Below the pieces are notes generated by a model that saw only the letters and a list, made by a program, of their open reading frames with translations, made no database searches and was not told where the DNA came from. From Rhodospirillales bacterium (lineage in GTDB: Bacteria; Pseudomonadota; Alphaproteobacteria; SMXQ01): a stretch of 26,727 nt of DNA. Position numbers and translations under genes: made by a program. The stretch spans positions 1 through 26,727 of the forward strand of contig JAHEKA010000001.1 of NCBI GenBank assembly GCA_024638585.1, written 5' to 3'. This document shows positions 8,078 to 17,111 of the stretch, one piece after another; position 1 is the first letter of the stretch, and every line of letters begins with the position of its first letter.

Positions 8078-8581
8078 GTGCGTTTCTTGAGGAACTACTG
8101 GGGACATCTGCTGGTCCCGGGACTGGCATTTGCATACGGGGCTTTCGCCTTGTGGGAACTGACCACGGGCCAGTTCCGCGAAGCGACCATCATCTACACC
8201 TATGTCATCGCCATCCCGATGCTGATTCTCGGGGTCATTTCACTCGTCGTCGATCTACGGCGCCGGGATGCCGCCACGGGCAGCGAGGAACAAGAGGCCG
8301 GCGAGCGTGCCGGCGCCGAGGAGCCCGATGCGCCGGGCGGCGCCCGGCGGGTCTTTTGGGTCGTGGCCGCGTCCATCGTCCTGATCCTGGTGCTTCCTTA
8401 TGTCGGCTATGTGATCGGCTTCTTCCTTTACGTCCTCGCACTTCTGTGGGCGGTGGAATTGCGCAACTGGGTGGCCGCTTTCATCATTGCCGTGATCATG
8501 ACCGCGGTGGTCCATTTCGTCTTTGCCGGGCTGTTGGGCCAGGATCTGCCCATCGGGCCGTTGACCTTCCTGGAGAGCTGA
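8078..8581 (+). CDS. tctB: TTT small permease TctB family
   Basis: GTG start after GGGGG. Four hydrophobic segments, ends LGQDLPIGPL (TctB-type LP.G). Immediately precedes tctA. The ORF-track start at 7952 is probably too long. Confidence 0.82.
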   Translation: MRFLRNYWGHLLVPGLAFAYGAFALWELTTGQFREATIIYTYVIAIPMLILGVISLVVDLRRRDAATGSEEQEAGERAGAEEPDAPGGARRVFWVVAASIVLILVLPYVGYVIGFFLYVLALLWAVELRNWVAAFIIAVIMTAVVHFVFAGLLGQDLPIGPLTFLES

Positions 8582-8582
8582 C

Positions 8583-10100
8583 ATGCCCGACGCTCTCTTT
8601 GAAGGATTTCAGCTGTTCCTCGCCAATATCTGGATCGTCCCGCTTGGCGTTCTGATCGGCATGTTCGTGGGCGGCATGCCGGGCCTCACCTCCAGCGGGA
8701 CGCTGGCGATGCTTCTGCCGGTGTTGCTGGTGCTGCCGCCGGAGCTCGGCCTGCTGCTGGGCGTCAGCATCTATGCCGGTGCGGAGATGGGCAATTCGTT
8801 CCCATCCGTCATGCTCAACATCCCGGGCACCGCCGGCGGCGCCGTGACGGCGTTCGACGGCTTTCCCTTGATGAAGGAGGGTAAGGCCGCTTGGGCGCTT
8901 GGCATCTGTATCATGGCGTCCGTGGTGGGCGCATTGATCGGCGGTCTTGCCTCATTGACCCTCTCGCCCCAGATCGCAGCCATTGCGCTGCGCTTCGGAC
9001 CGGCGGAGATCTGTATCGTCATCCTGTTCGGCCTTGCAGTGATCGCCCAGCTCTCATCCGGCGGATTGGCAAAGGGATTGTTCGCCGGTTTCTTCGGACT
9101 GCTTCTTGCGACAACTGGGACCGATCCCACCTTCGGCACCCAGCGCGGCACCTTTGACATCGTCTACCTTTACGATCGGCTGCCCATCATCGCCGTTCTG
9201 GTGGGCTTGCTGGGCTTTTCCGAGGTGCTGGTCTATGTGGAAAAAGGCATGACGCGCCTGCTCAAGCCCGGTGACGAGCTGCCGCAGCACCAGATCGGCC
9301 TGTCGGGGATCTTTTCCGGCCTCAAGGAGACCTTCAAATATCCCTGGGAGCTATTGCGCGGCGGCGCGATCGGCGTCGGCATCGGCGCCATGCCGGGGGC
9401 GGGCGCGTCGGTTGCGACCTTCGTTTCCTACCAGCAGGCGGTGGCCTTCGCCAAGCCGGAGCGCAAGGCGATGTTCGGCAAGGGCGCGCCGGAGGGGCTG
9501 ATTGCCGCCGACGTCACCAACAACGCCGTGGTGGGAGGAGCCCTGGTGCCGCTTCTGACCCTCGGCATCCCGGGCTCGGGATCGATGGCGGTGCTCCTGG
9601 TGGTGATGACCTACCACGGCATGTATGTCGGGCCCCGGCTGTTCCAATTCAGCGGCGAGATCGCCTATGCCGTCCTGATCAGCCAGTTCTTTGCCGCCGG
9701 CTTCATCCTGGTGATCGGAATCGTATTGGCCTTTTTCGCCTACCGCGTGGCGCTCTTGAACCTCAAGATGATGGTGCCGATCATCTCCGTCTTCTGCCTG
9801 ATGGGCGGATTCGCACGCAACAACTTCCTATTCGATATGGGCGTGATGGTGGCCTTCGGGTGTCTCGGCTACATCATGAAGAAGTTCAACTACCCTGTCG
9901 TCGCCATGCTGCTGGGCGTGATCCTCGGCCGCTTGTTTGAGCGCGAATTCATGCGGGCCTGGCGGATCGGGCTGGATTCGCCGGAGCTGTTCTTCACCAG
10001 TGTGATCGCGCAGCTGCTCTGGGTGCTGTTCATCTTCACCTTCGTCGGACCGCCCTTGATCCGCTTCATTCGCCGCAAGATGAAGGGCGGCGCGTCGTAG
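8583..10100 (+). CDS. tctA: TTT large permease TctA
   Basis: 505 aa, highly hydrophobic. GGMPGLTSSG, NIPGTAGGAVTAFDGFPL and NNAVVGGALVPLLTLGIPGS motifs. Confidence 0.92.
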   Translation: MPDALFEGFQLFLANIWIVPLGVLIGMFVGGMPGLTSSGTLAMLLPVLLVLPPELGLLLGVSIYAGAEMGNSFPSVMLNIPGTAGGAVTAFDGFPLMKEGKAAWALGICIMASVVGALIGGLASLTLSPQIAAIALRFGPAEICIVILFGLAVIAQLSSGGLAKGLFAGFFGLLLATTGTDPTFGTQRGTFDIVYLYDRLPIIAVLVGLLGFSEVLVYVEKGMTRLLKPGDELPQHQIGLSGIFSGLKETFKYPWELLRGGAIGVGIGAMPGAGASVATFVSYQQAVAFAKPERKAMFGKGAPEGLIAADVTNNAVVGGALVPLLTLGIPGSGSMAVLLVVMTYHGMYVGPRLFQFSGEIAYAVLISQFFAAGFILVIGIVLAFFAYRVALLNLKMMVPIISVFCLMGGFARNNFLFDMGVMVAFGCLGYIMKKFNYPVVAMLLGVILGRLFEREFMRAWRIGLDSPELFFTSVIAQLLWVLFIFTFVGPPLIRFIRRKMKGGAS

Positions 10101-10122
10101 GGCGCGGGGACGGGGAACGCAG

Positions 10123-11637
10123 ATGCCGAGCACCACCGAGGTCCGGGTTTATCCGCCCGATGCATTGCCGCCCAAGGAAGATCAGCTCGCTTGGAAGATC
10201 GCTGCCCTGGCAGCCTCACCGTGCGGCGACGACGCGGAGGTCGATGAGATGGTGGCCAACCGCATCATCGACAATGCCGCCGTGGCATTGGCGGCGATCA
10301 ATAGGGGGCCCGTCGCCAACGCGCGCGCCCAGGCGCTGGCCCATCCGCGGGCCAACGGGGCCACCGTTATCGGTCTGCCCGGCGATCAGCTGTTCGAATG
10401 CGAATGGGCCGCCTGGGCCAATGGTGCCGCGGTGCGGGAGCTTGATTTTCACGACAGCTTCATGGCGGTGGAGCCGGGCCATCCGGGCGACAACATCCCG
10501 CCGTTGATCGCGGTGGCGCAGCAATGCGGGTGTTCGGGCCGGGACCTCATCCGCGGTATTGCCACCGCCTACGAGGTACAGCTTTCCCTCGCCCAGGCGA
10601 TGGCGCTCAACACCCACCGAATAGATCACGTGGGGCATCTGGCGCCCTCCATGACGGCGGGGATCGGCGCGCTGTTGCGGCTCGATCCCGACGTGATCTA
10701 TCAGGCGGTCCAGCACACGCTTCATGTCGCCACCGCCACCCGGCAATGCCGCAAGGGGACAATCTCGTCCTGGAAGGCCGTGGCGCCGGCCCATGTCGGC
10801 AAGTGCGCGATCGAGGCGATCGATCGGGCCATGCGGGGAGAGACAAGCCCCAGCCCCATCTACGAGGGCGATTACGGGGTCATTGCCACCTTGCTGGATG
10901 GGCCCGAGGCGACCTACAAGGTCACCCTGGTCGATCCGGGCGCGGTCCGCCGGGCCATCCTTGACACCTACACCAAAGAGCATTCGGCGGGGTATCACGG
11001 CCAGCCAATCATCGACCTGGCCTTCAAGATGCGCAAAAAGTTGGACGATCTCTCTGCCGTCGAAAGCATCGATATCTATGCCAAGCGCTTTACCCACGAG
11101 GTCATGGGATCGGGCAGCAATGACCCCCAGAAATACGACCCCGATGCTTCGCGCGAGACCCTCGATCACTCCGCCATGTTCATCTTCGCCATCGCATTGG
11201 AGGATGGCGAATGGCATCACGAACGGTCCTACGACGCGGTGCGCCGCCACCGGCCCGAGACCATAGCCCTGTGGCGCAAGATCAAGACCTATGAGGACGC
11301 GGAATGGAACCGGCGTTTCTATGACGAGCCGGAGCCCCTGAAAAAGGCCCAAGGGGCCCGCGTCGAGATCACCTTCAAGGACGGTACCAAACTTGTGGAC
11401 GAGCTGGCGGTGGCAAATTCCCATCCCCTTGGCGAAGTCCCGTTCGGCCGGGATCAATATGTTGAAAAATTTAGGAAACTGGTTCCCGGGATCACGTCTG
11501 AAGCGGAGGCCGACCGCTTTCTGGGTCTGGCGGCGAAGCTCTCTGATCTCGAAGCCCAGGGGATCCTGGCTCTGAACCCGGTGGCTGACGACATTCAGCT
11601 CGAATGTGCTAAACGGGACGATCGCGGAATATTCTGA
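10123..11637 (+). CDS. prpD: MmgE/PrpD family protein, closest to 2-methylcitrate dehydratase type
   Basis: 504 aa. VRELDFHDSF..EPGHPGDNIPP, RKGTISSWKA, YTKEHSA and DPDASRETLDHS motifs match recalled PrpD sequences. Confidence 0.85.
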   Translation: MPSTTEVRVYPPDALPPKEDQLAWKIAALAASPCGDDAEVDEMVANRIIDNAAVALAAINRGPVANARAQALAHPRANGATVIGLPGDQLFECEWAAWANGAAVRELDFHDSFMAVEPGHPGDNIPPLIAVAQQCGCSGRDLIRGIATAYEVQLSLAQAMALNTHRIDHVGHLAPSMTAGIGALLRLDPDVIYQAVQHTLHVATATRQCRKGTISSWKAVAPAHVGKCAIEAIDRAMRGETSPSPIYEGDYGVIATLLDGPEATYKVTLVDPGAVRRAILDTYTKEHSAGYHGQPIIDLAFKMRKKLDDLSAVESIDIYAKRFTHEVMGSGSNDPQKYDPDASRETLDHSAMFIFAIALEDGEWHHERSYDAVRRHRPETIALWRKIKTYEDAEWNRRFYDEPEPLKKAQGARVEITFKDGTKLVDELAVANSHPLGEVPFGRDQYVEKFRKLVPGITSEAEADRFLGLAAKLSDLEAQGILALNPVADDIQLECAKRDDRGIF

Positions 11638-11811
11638 GAGCGAGAACGAGGTCGCGTGAATCGGGCGAAAAGGGTAAGATGTGGAACATCCACCTAAGCC
11701 AATAAACATAAGTGCCGGCACACGGCACGGGGCGGGGAAGCCCCGAGGCGCAGAGGTCTGTATCTGCGCAGAGACGCATTTTTCGTAGGCAATAACAGGG
11801 AAGGATTTCTC

Positions 11812-13083
11812 ATGGTATCGCAGCATTTGAAACTGACAGGATTGGCCGCCGGAACGGCGGCGGCAACGGCCTTGGCGTTGAACTTGGCCGCACCCGCCCA
11901 GGCCGCCGATTGGCAGCCCAAGCGGATCTCCATCGTTCTCTCTCATTCCTTGGGAGGTGGACAGGACCGCCTGACCCGGGCCTTCACCAAGGTCTGGTCG
12001 AAGCACCTCGGTGCCAAGATGACGGTCAAGCCCAAGCGTGGCGCGTCGGGCCGAATCGGCTTCGACTACTTCATTTCCCAGCCGCGGGACGGTTCGGTGC
12101 TGCTGTCCAGCAACACCGGCACCACGTCCATCATGTACGTCAAGCAACGGCCCAAATGGTCGTGGACCGAAAAGGTTCGCTTCGTGGGGCTGATGGGCAT
12201 CGATCCGGGCGCCATCTTCGTGCTGTCGAGTTCGAAGTTCAAATCCATTCAGGACGTGATCGCGGAAGCCAAGAAGCGCACCGTGGTCACCGGCCTCTCC
12301 TCATGGGACAGCCTTGAAAACATGGTGCTGCACAGCTTGCCCAAGCAGGCCGGCATCAAGCCCATGCAGGTGATCTCCATCGGCGGCGGTTCCGATACCG
12401 TCACCGCCGTCCTGGGCAAACATCTGGAAGTCGGTTTCGGCAAGGTGTCGAACATCGGCAAGGGCGGCAAGAAAGTCCGTTTCCTGGCCGTCGCCATGGA
12501 TGAGAATCCCGTGGCGGGGCTCACCGGGAACGCGCCGGCGCTTGACAAGGCGCTCGGCACCAAGACCGTGTCGGTCGCATCCTACCGGTCGATGATCGCG
12601 CCGGGTGAGCTGGCACAGACCCATCCGGACCGTTTGAAGAAGCTGAAGACCACCTTCGAAGCGGCCAAGGACGATCCCGCCTATATCAAGCTCGCCAAGA
12701 AGGTTGGCCTTGATCCGAAGCTGATCGTCGATTGGGACCACGCCAAGATCCAGGCCGGGGTCGAACAGTTCTGGGCCTCCTATCAGGACAACAGCAACCT
12801 CTTCAAGACCAAGGTCAAGGCGGCCAAGGCCAAGGTGGTGCTGACCGGCGTCAAGTCCAAGGGCAAGTACATCCTGTTCACCGACCAGGCGGGCAAGAAA
12901 TGGAAGACCCGCATTCACCGCCGGGCCACCAAGCTGTGGATCGACGGCAAGCAGATCAAAGGTCAGAAGGACATCAAGGAGGCGCGTAAAGCGCTCAAGA
13001 AAGGCCACACCTGCGAGATCACCTATATGGGCTTCCCGCTGCGCGCGCGCACGGCGAAGTGCACGACCAAGGGTGCCAGCTGA
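11812..13083 (+). CDS. tctC: TTT substrate-binding protein (TctC/Bug) with ~92-aa basic C-terminal extension
   Basis: Signal peptide ending AQA-AD, SHSLGGGQD loop, GASGRIG and GGSDTVTAVLGKHLEVGF Bug motifs. Last gene of the tctB-tctA-prpD run. Confidence 0.88.
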   Translation: MVSQHLKLTGLAAGTAAATALALNLAAPAQAADWQPKRISIVLSHSLGGGQDRLTRAFTKVWSKHLGAKMTVKPKRGASGRIGFDYFISQPRDGSVLLSSNTGTTSIMYVKQRPKWSWTEKVRFVGLMGIDPGAIFVLSSSKFKSIQDVIAEAKKRTVVTGLSSWDSLENMVLHSLPKQAGIKPMQVISIGGGSDTVTAVLGKHLEVGFGKVSNIGKGGKKVRFLAVAMDENPVAGLTGNAPALDKALGTKTVSVASYRSMIAPGELAQTHPDRLKKLKTTFEAAKDDPAYIKLAKKVGLDPKLIVDWDHAKIQAGVEQFWASYQDNSNLFKTKVKAAKAKVVLTGVKSKGKYILFTDQAGKKWKTRIHRRATKLWIDGKQIKGQKDIKEARKALKKGHTCEITYMGFPLRARTAKCTTKGAS

Positions 13084-13113
13084 TCGCTTCAACCCATAAC
13101 AGGTTTCAAACTG

Positions 13114-13142
13114 AAACGGGCCCGGTGACGGGCCCGTTTTTT
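13114..13142. terminator. Intrinsic (probably bidirectional) terminator between convergent tctC and MmgE/PrpD genes
   Basis: 11-bp stem AAACGGGCCCG/CGGGCCCGTTT with GTGA (GNRA) loop, followed by a T tract on + and with an A tract before it. Confidence 0.85.
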
Positions 13143-13170
13143 CTTCGCCGGCGTCAAGCCGACAGGATGT

Positions 13171-14544
13171 CTAATCGCAGATCAAGAGCGGCCTGAGCTC
13201 GCGGATATTGCCGACGCCTTCAAGGTCGGCGATGGCCTCGATCAGGTCGTTGCTGCGCTTTTCGCCCAGCACCGGGCCCATCAGGCCGCCGGCCTTCTCT
13301 TCGACCTCCTGGGTCTCCATCGGGTTTTCCGGCGTGCCGCGCACGGCGACGGTCCGGTGGCTGATCTCGCGTCCGTCCGTGAGCTTCACCTCGACGATGG
13401 CTTGGCGTTCGGGCCGCGCCTCGGTCAGGAAGGCTTCCGGGACCAACGTGACTTTCTCGCGCAGGGCCCGTACCTGCGGATCAAGCATGCGGTCCTCGTC
13501 ATGGCAATCGGCGAAGCCGAGCCCCCGGTCGATCAGGGTGACGGCGATCAGGTGTTGCAGGCAGATGTCGGGCATGTCGCGGTTATCGACGATATAGGCC
13601 CGATCGTCGGGCAGGCGGGCTGTGATTGCCTCCACGTCCTCGGCCCTGAGGCCCTGTTCGTTCATCAGCACCTCGATGGAATCGAGCGCCGCTTGGATGG
13701 GGGAGCCCACCGACCATTTCTTGATGTTGGTGCGGGTCACTTCGAACCGGGTGCCCAGTTCCTCGGTGAGGGCCTCGACGCGGGGGTCGTCGGAAAACGC
13801 CTGGAGATAGCCGTCCCGGCCGGTGATGTCGTCGGGGATGCCGGAAAAGCCCATTGCCACCATGGTGGCGCCGGTCACGCCGTTGCGCGCCGGCATGCCG
13901 CCGAAGATAAAGGCTTTTTCGATATGCTCGAGGTCCCGCATATAGGTCTTCAGCCCTGATGACTGCTGGGCCTGGTAGGCGAGCAGGTGGCGGGCCTGAA
14001 CCGTATCGATCCCGGCGAGCGCGCCCGCCGCCGCCGCGGCGCCGAAACCGGGGCCGTGGGAATGGGTGCAGAGAGAATAGCTCGCGATCGGGCCGAGGTT
14101 GAGCGACAGGTTGAAGCGCGCGCCGACATCGTAGCCGAGCGTCACCGCGCGCAGGAATTCCGTGCCGCTCGCCTGTTGCCGTTCGGCCATGGCGAGCGCG
14201 GCGGGCACCACGGCACAGCCGATGTGGCAACGTGCCGCCGTGTGGGAATCGTCGGTCTCATCGGCGTGGGCCATCATGCCGTTGGCCAAGGCCGCGTTGA
14301 CCGCCGTGGTCTCGAAATCGGTGCCCATGACCAGGGCTTCGGCGCTGCCGCCGAGCGTTCGGGCATAGGTGATCGCCATGCGGCCGGGATCCAGGTGCGC
14401 GCCGGAGATCATGGCAGCCAGGGTGTCGAGGATGTGGTGCTTGGTCTTGGTTGCAACGGCCGCGGGCAGGTCGCTTTCAGTGGCGCCGGCGATATAGGCA
14501 CAAAGTTCTGAGACGACGTCGACTTCCCCGGATTCGCTTGGCAC
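13171..14544 (-). CDS. MmgE/PrpD family protein
   Basis: 457 aa, GTG start. NGMMAHADETDDSH, HIGCAVVPAALA, KKWSVGSPIQ and GTPENPM motifs. Confidence 0.9.
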   Translation of the reverse strand: MPSESGEVDVVSELCAYIAGATESDLPAAVATKTKHHILDTLAAMISGAHLDPGRMAITYARTLGGSAEALVMGTDFETTAVNAALANGMMAHADETDDSHTAARCHIGCAVVPAALAMAERQQASGTEFLRAVTLGYDVGARFNLSLNLGPIASYSLCTHSHGPGFGAAAAAGALAGIDTVQARHLLAYQAQQSSGLKTYMRDLEHIEKAFIFGGMPARNGVTGATMVAMGFSGIPDDITGRDGYLQAFSDDPRVEALTEELGTRFEVTRTNIKKWSVGSPIQAALDSIEVLMNEQGLRAEDVEAITARLPDDRAYIVDNRDMPDICLQHLIAVTLIDRGLGFADCHDEDRMLDPQVRALREKVTLVPEAFLTEARPERQAIVEVKLTDGREISHRTVAVRGTPENPMETQEVEEKAGGLMGPVLGEKRSNDLIEAIADLEGVGNIRELRPLLICD

Positions 14545-14669
14545 ACATGCCCCCTAAATATTTTAAATTCAACCTGTTAGAGCTGTTTGTTCTGATATTC
14601 ACTCAAGCTGTTTGGTCGGCCCCTGACAGCTCTGGAATGCCCTGGTTCTTCCCGATGATCCGGCTGCGA

Positions 14670-15056
14670 TCAGCGCGGATCGAGGTCGAAATGGTTCTTT
14701 GGCGCAACCTCGGCGATATGGCCGCCCGGTGCCCGGAATTTCACCGGGATCACGCCGGGATCGGAGATGATTTCCAGGCCCCAGGACTGGATCTGCTTTT
14801 TCCAGGCTTCAAGGTCGTCCACCTCGAAACCGACATGGTGGATGCAGGGGCCGGAGCCGCCAACCTGGGATTCCGCGGAGGTGGCGTCGTCCTGGTATTT
14901 CATCAGGGCGAGATCCACATTGCCGTCGGTCATGTGGCGTGAGTAATGGTCGCGATTGTCGCCGCCACGGACATCGCGAAAGCCCAGCACCTTTTCGTAG
15001 AATTCACCGGCCGCCTCCAGGTCGTCGACCTTGATGGAGATATGGGCGAGTCGCAT
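14670..15056 (-). CDS. VOC (glyoxalase-like) family protein
   Basis: 128 aa, AAGGAGG RBS. LAHISIKVDD..FYEKVLGF, IHHVGFEVDD and PGGHIAEV motifs. Confidence 0.88.
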   Translation of the reverse strand: MRLAHISIKVDDLEAAGEFYEKVLGFRDVRGGDNRDHYSRHMTDGNVDLALMKYQDDATSAESQVGGSGPCIHHVGFEVDDLEAWKKQIQSWGLEIISDPGVIPVKFRAPGGHIAEVAPKNHFDLDPR

Positions 15057-15213
15057 ATTCGGGTCTCCTCCTTATTCGGTTAAGGGCGGCCGCGCACCAC
15101 GCTGCGCCCTCAAAAAACAGTCTCACTGGCAATATAACCCAAAATGGCACCATGGGGCTCTCAATCCCGCGGCACCGGACGAGAGCCTGCCTCTTCGAAG
15201 AAGGTCGACAGGG

Positions 15214-16245
15214 TTATGTGGAGGGCTGAGGCCGCGCGAGAGATTTGAAACTCACAAGCCGGTCCGTGCCTTCGTCCCAGAGGGCCAAGAACACACATCT
15301 TAGGCTGTCACGCAATGTGATTCGATCGACATCCTGGAGCTCGGCATTTTGCCGCAAGCACTCGCGAAGGCGGTAGTTGGGAATCCGGCTGGACAGATGG
15401 TGAATGTGGTGGATGCCGATGTCAGCCGTCAGCCAACTTAGGATGCGCGGCAAATCGTAAAAGGAACTGCCCTGCATCGCCGCCTTGTCGGAATCCCATT
15501 TTTCGGTCCGCCGCCAGTAGGTGTGTTCGAATTGGTGTTGGATGTAGAACAGCCAGACTCCGGCCATTGACGACATGACGACGATGGGACCTTGCACCAT
15601 GAGCGCCTCGGTGAAACCGAGCCACAGGCCGAGGCCGATGATTGCCGCAATGATCACCACGTTGGTCGCGATCACACTTGGCAAGGCCGCGCGCTGGCGG
15701 CGCAGCATGTCGAGGGGCAAGCGAAACTTGATGACGAACAGGTACAACGGACCGAAACCGAATAACGTCAAGGGATTGCGGTAAAGCCGATAGGCCAGCC
15801 GCTTCCATCCTGAAAGGGCCAAATATTCGCGCACGGTCAGAAGATGCATGTCACCGATGCCGCGTTTGTCCAGGTTGCCCGACGTCGCATGGTGAATATT
15901 GTGCGCTCTGCGCCAGTACCCGTGTGGCGTCAATGTCAGCATGCCGATGGCATGTCCCAATAGATCGTTGAGCCACCGCGACCGGAAGAATGAGCGATGA
16001 CCGCAATCGTGCTGAATCATGAACAGTCGTACCAGGAAGGCGGAGGTCGGCAGGGACAACAGGAGCGTCAGCCAGTAGGCATTATGGACGGTCAGGACCA
16101 TTGCCGTCCAAAGGCCGGCGAGGGGGACAATCGTGCAAAACAGCTGCAGGGCGCTCCGCCGAAAATTAGGCGTGGCGTAACGGCCGGCGATTCCTAGCCG
16201 ACGGCATGAAGAGGACAATGAAGCCGAACGCTGTGTGTCTGGCAC
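15214..16245 (-). CDS. desA: Membrane fatty acid desaturase (Bacillus Des / DesA-like acyl-lipid desaturase)
   Basis: Three His boxes HDCGH, HNIHH and HHIHH, plus QHQFE and SRIPNYRL. Transmembrane segments present. GTG start after AAAGAG. Confidence 0.9.
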   Translation of the reverse strand: MPDTQRSASLSSSCRRLGIAGRYATPNFRRSALQLFCTIVPLAGLWTAMVLTVHNAYWLTLLLSLPTSAFLVRLFMIQHDCGHRSFFRSRWLNDLLGHAIGMLTLTPHGYWRRAHNIHHATSGNLDKRGIGDMHLLTVREYLALSGWKRLAYRLYRNPLTLFGFGPLYLFVIKFRLPLDMLRRQRAALPSVIATNVVIIAAIIGLGLWLGFTEALMVQGPIVVMSSMAGVWLFYIQHQFEHTYWRRTEKWDSDKAAMQGSSFYDLPRILSWLTADIGIHHIHHLSSRIPNYRLRECLRQNAELQDVDRITLRDSLRCVFLALWDEGTDRLVSFKSLARPQPST

Positions 16246-16553
16246 TGAATCTCTTTATGTCAGAGGCTGTCGACCCGCGGCCCGGTCAAAAAACTGGTGT
16301 TTGGGATTGGTTCTTGCCACTGCCGAAACCGGCCTCACCCATTGATCGACGCGCCTTGTACCACAATTCCCCAGAATAGAGCGTAACTTTCAGGACCATG
16401 AGGCCCCCATGGTTACCAAGCGGTTAACCGAAGGGTTCAAACCGGCGGACCTTTTCGATGACCGGCCCGGTTTGGTGGCCTCTCCGCCTCGGCGGGGGCG
16501 GCCGGCCCAATGCACCCTCCGGCCGCGACCGGCCAGGCGCACGTCACAATTAC

Positions 16554-16582
16554 CTTGCAATTGGTGGCTTGGAGGCCCATAT
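16554..16582 (+). promoter_or_regulatory. Candidate RpoD promoter for cspA
   Basis: CTTGCA-N17-CCATAT, close to the alphaproteobacterial CTTGAC-N17-CTATAT consensus. Would give a 5' UTR of about 130 nt. Confidence 0.5.
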
Positions 16583-16722
16583 AGCGCCCGTGACGGCTCC
16601 GCAGCCGGTTTAGAATTGGTCCCGCCCAAAGGCGGTTGATACTTTCCCCTGAAATCGTTGTGCGGTCTTTCACCCCGGGCGCAGTGCCGTTCCGGGCTTC
16701 AATGACTTATGAAAGAAATAAA

Positions 16723-16926
16723 ATGACCAAAGGTACCGTAAAGTTTTTTAACGCGACGCGCGGCTTCGGATTCATTTCCCCCGAAGACGGCACGAAAGAT
16801 GTATTCGTCCATATTACCGCCGTCGAGCAGGCCGGCATGTCCGGGCTCGATGAGGGGCAGACGGTAAGCTTCGATGTCGAAGCCGATGCCCGCGGCCCCA
16901 AGGCCGTTAATCTTCAGGCCGATTGA
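16723..16926 (+). CDS. cspA: Cold-shock protein (CSD)
   Basis: 67 aa [31 protein letters not shown] with RNP1/RNP2 motifs. True start is ATG 16723 after GAAAG, not 16636. Confidence 0.96.
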   Translation: MTKGTVKFFNATRGFGFISPEDGTKDVFVHITAVEQAGMSGLDEGQTVSFDVEADARGPKAVNLQAD

Positions 16927-17042
16927 CGGTCTAGATGAGGCGTTCGCGCCTCAACTCTATTTCCCGCGGTTGCGCAAAGCGCTCTGAAATCAAGCGCTCC
17001 GCCGCGGGACATAAAATTCCTTTATCTCCGTTGTTTCCAGAT

Positions 17043-17111
17043 GCGCGTGGAAGCGGCAACAGCGCCCGGTGTGGCGCGTGCCGGCTAGCCCCTCCTGGGG
17101 TGCCCACGCGC
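17043..17111 (+). promoter_or_regulatory. Candidate structured RNA leader (three-way junction) upstream of the DEAD-box helicase
   Basis: P1 GCGCGTGG/CCACGCGC encloses P2 CGGCA/TGCCG (inner GCGCC/GGCGC) and P3 GCCCC/GGGGT. Ends 10 nt before the AGAAAG RBS. Confidence 0.45.

Noticed and set aside
10216-12147. 643-aa minus-strand ORF
   Set aside because: Antisense to prpD and tctC, which have clear family motifs. Composition is typical of shadow ORFs.
16246-16722. Short ORFs in the des-cspA spacer (e.g. 16409-16639) and the cspA extension to 16636
   Set aside because: No RBS or protein-like features. The region is better explained as divergent promoters and leader.
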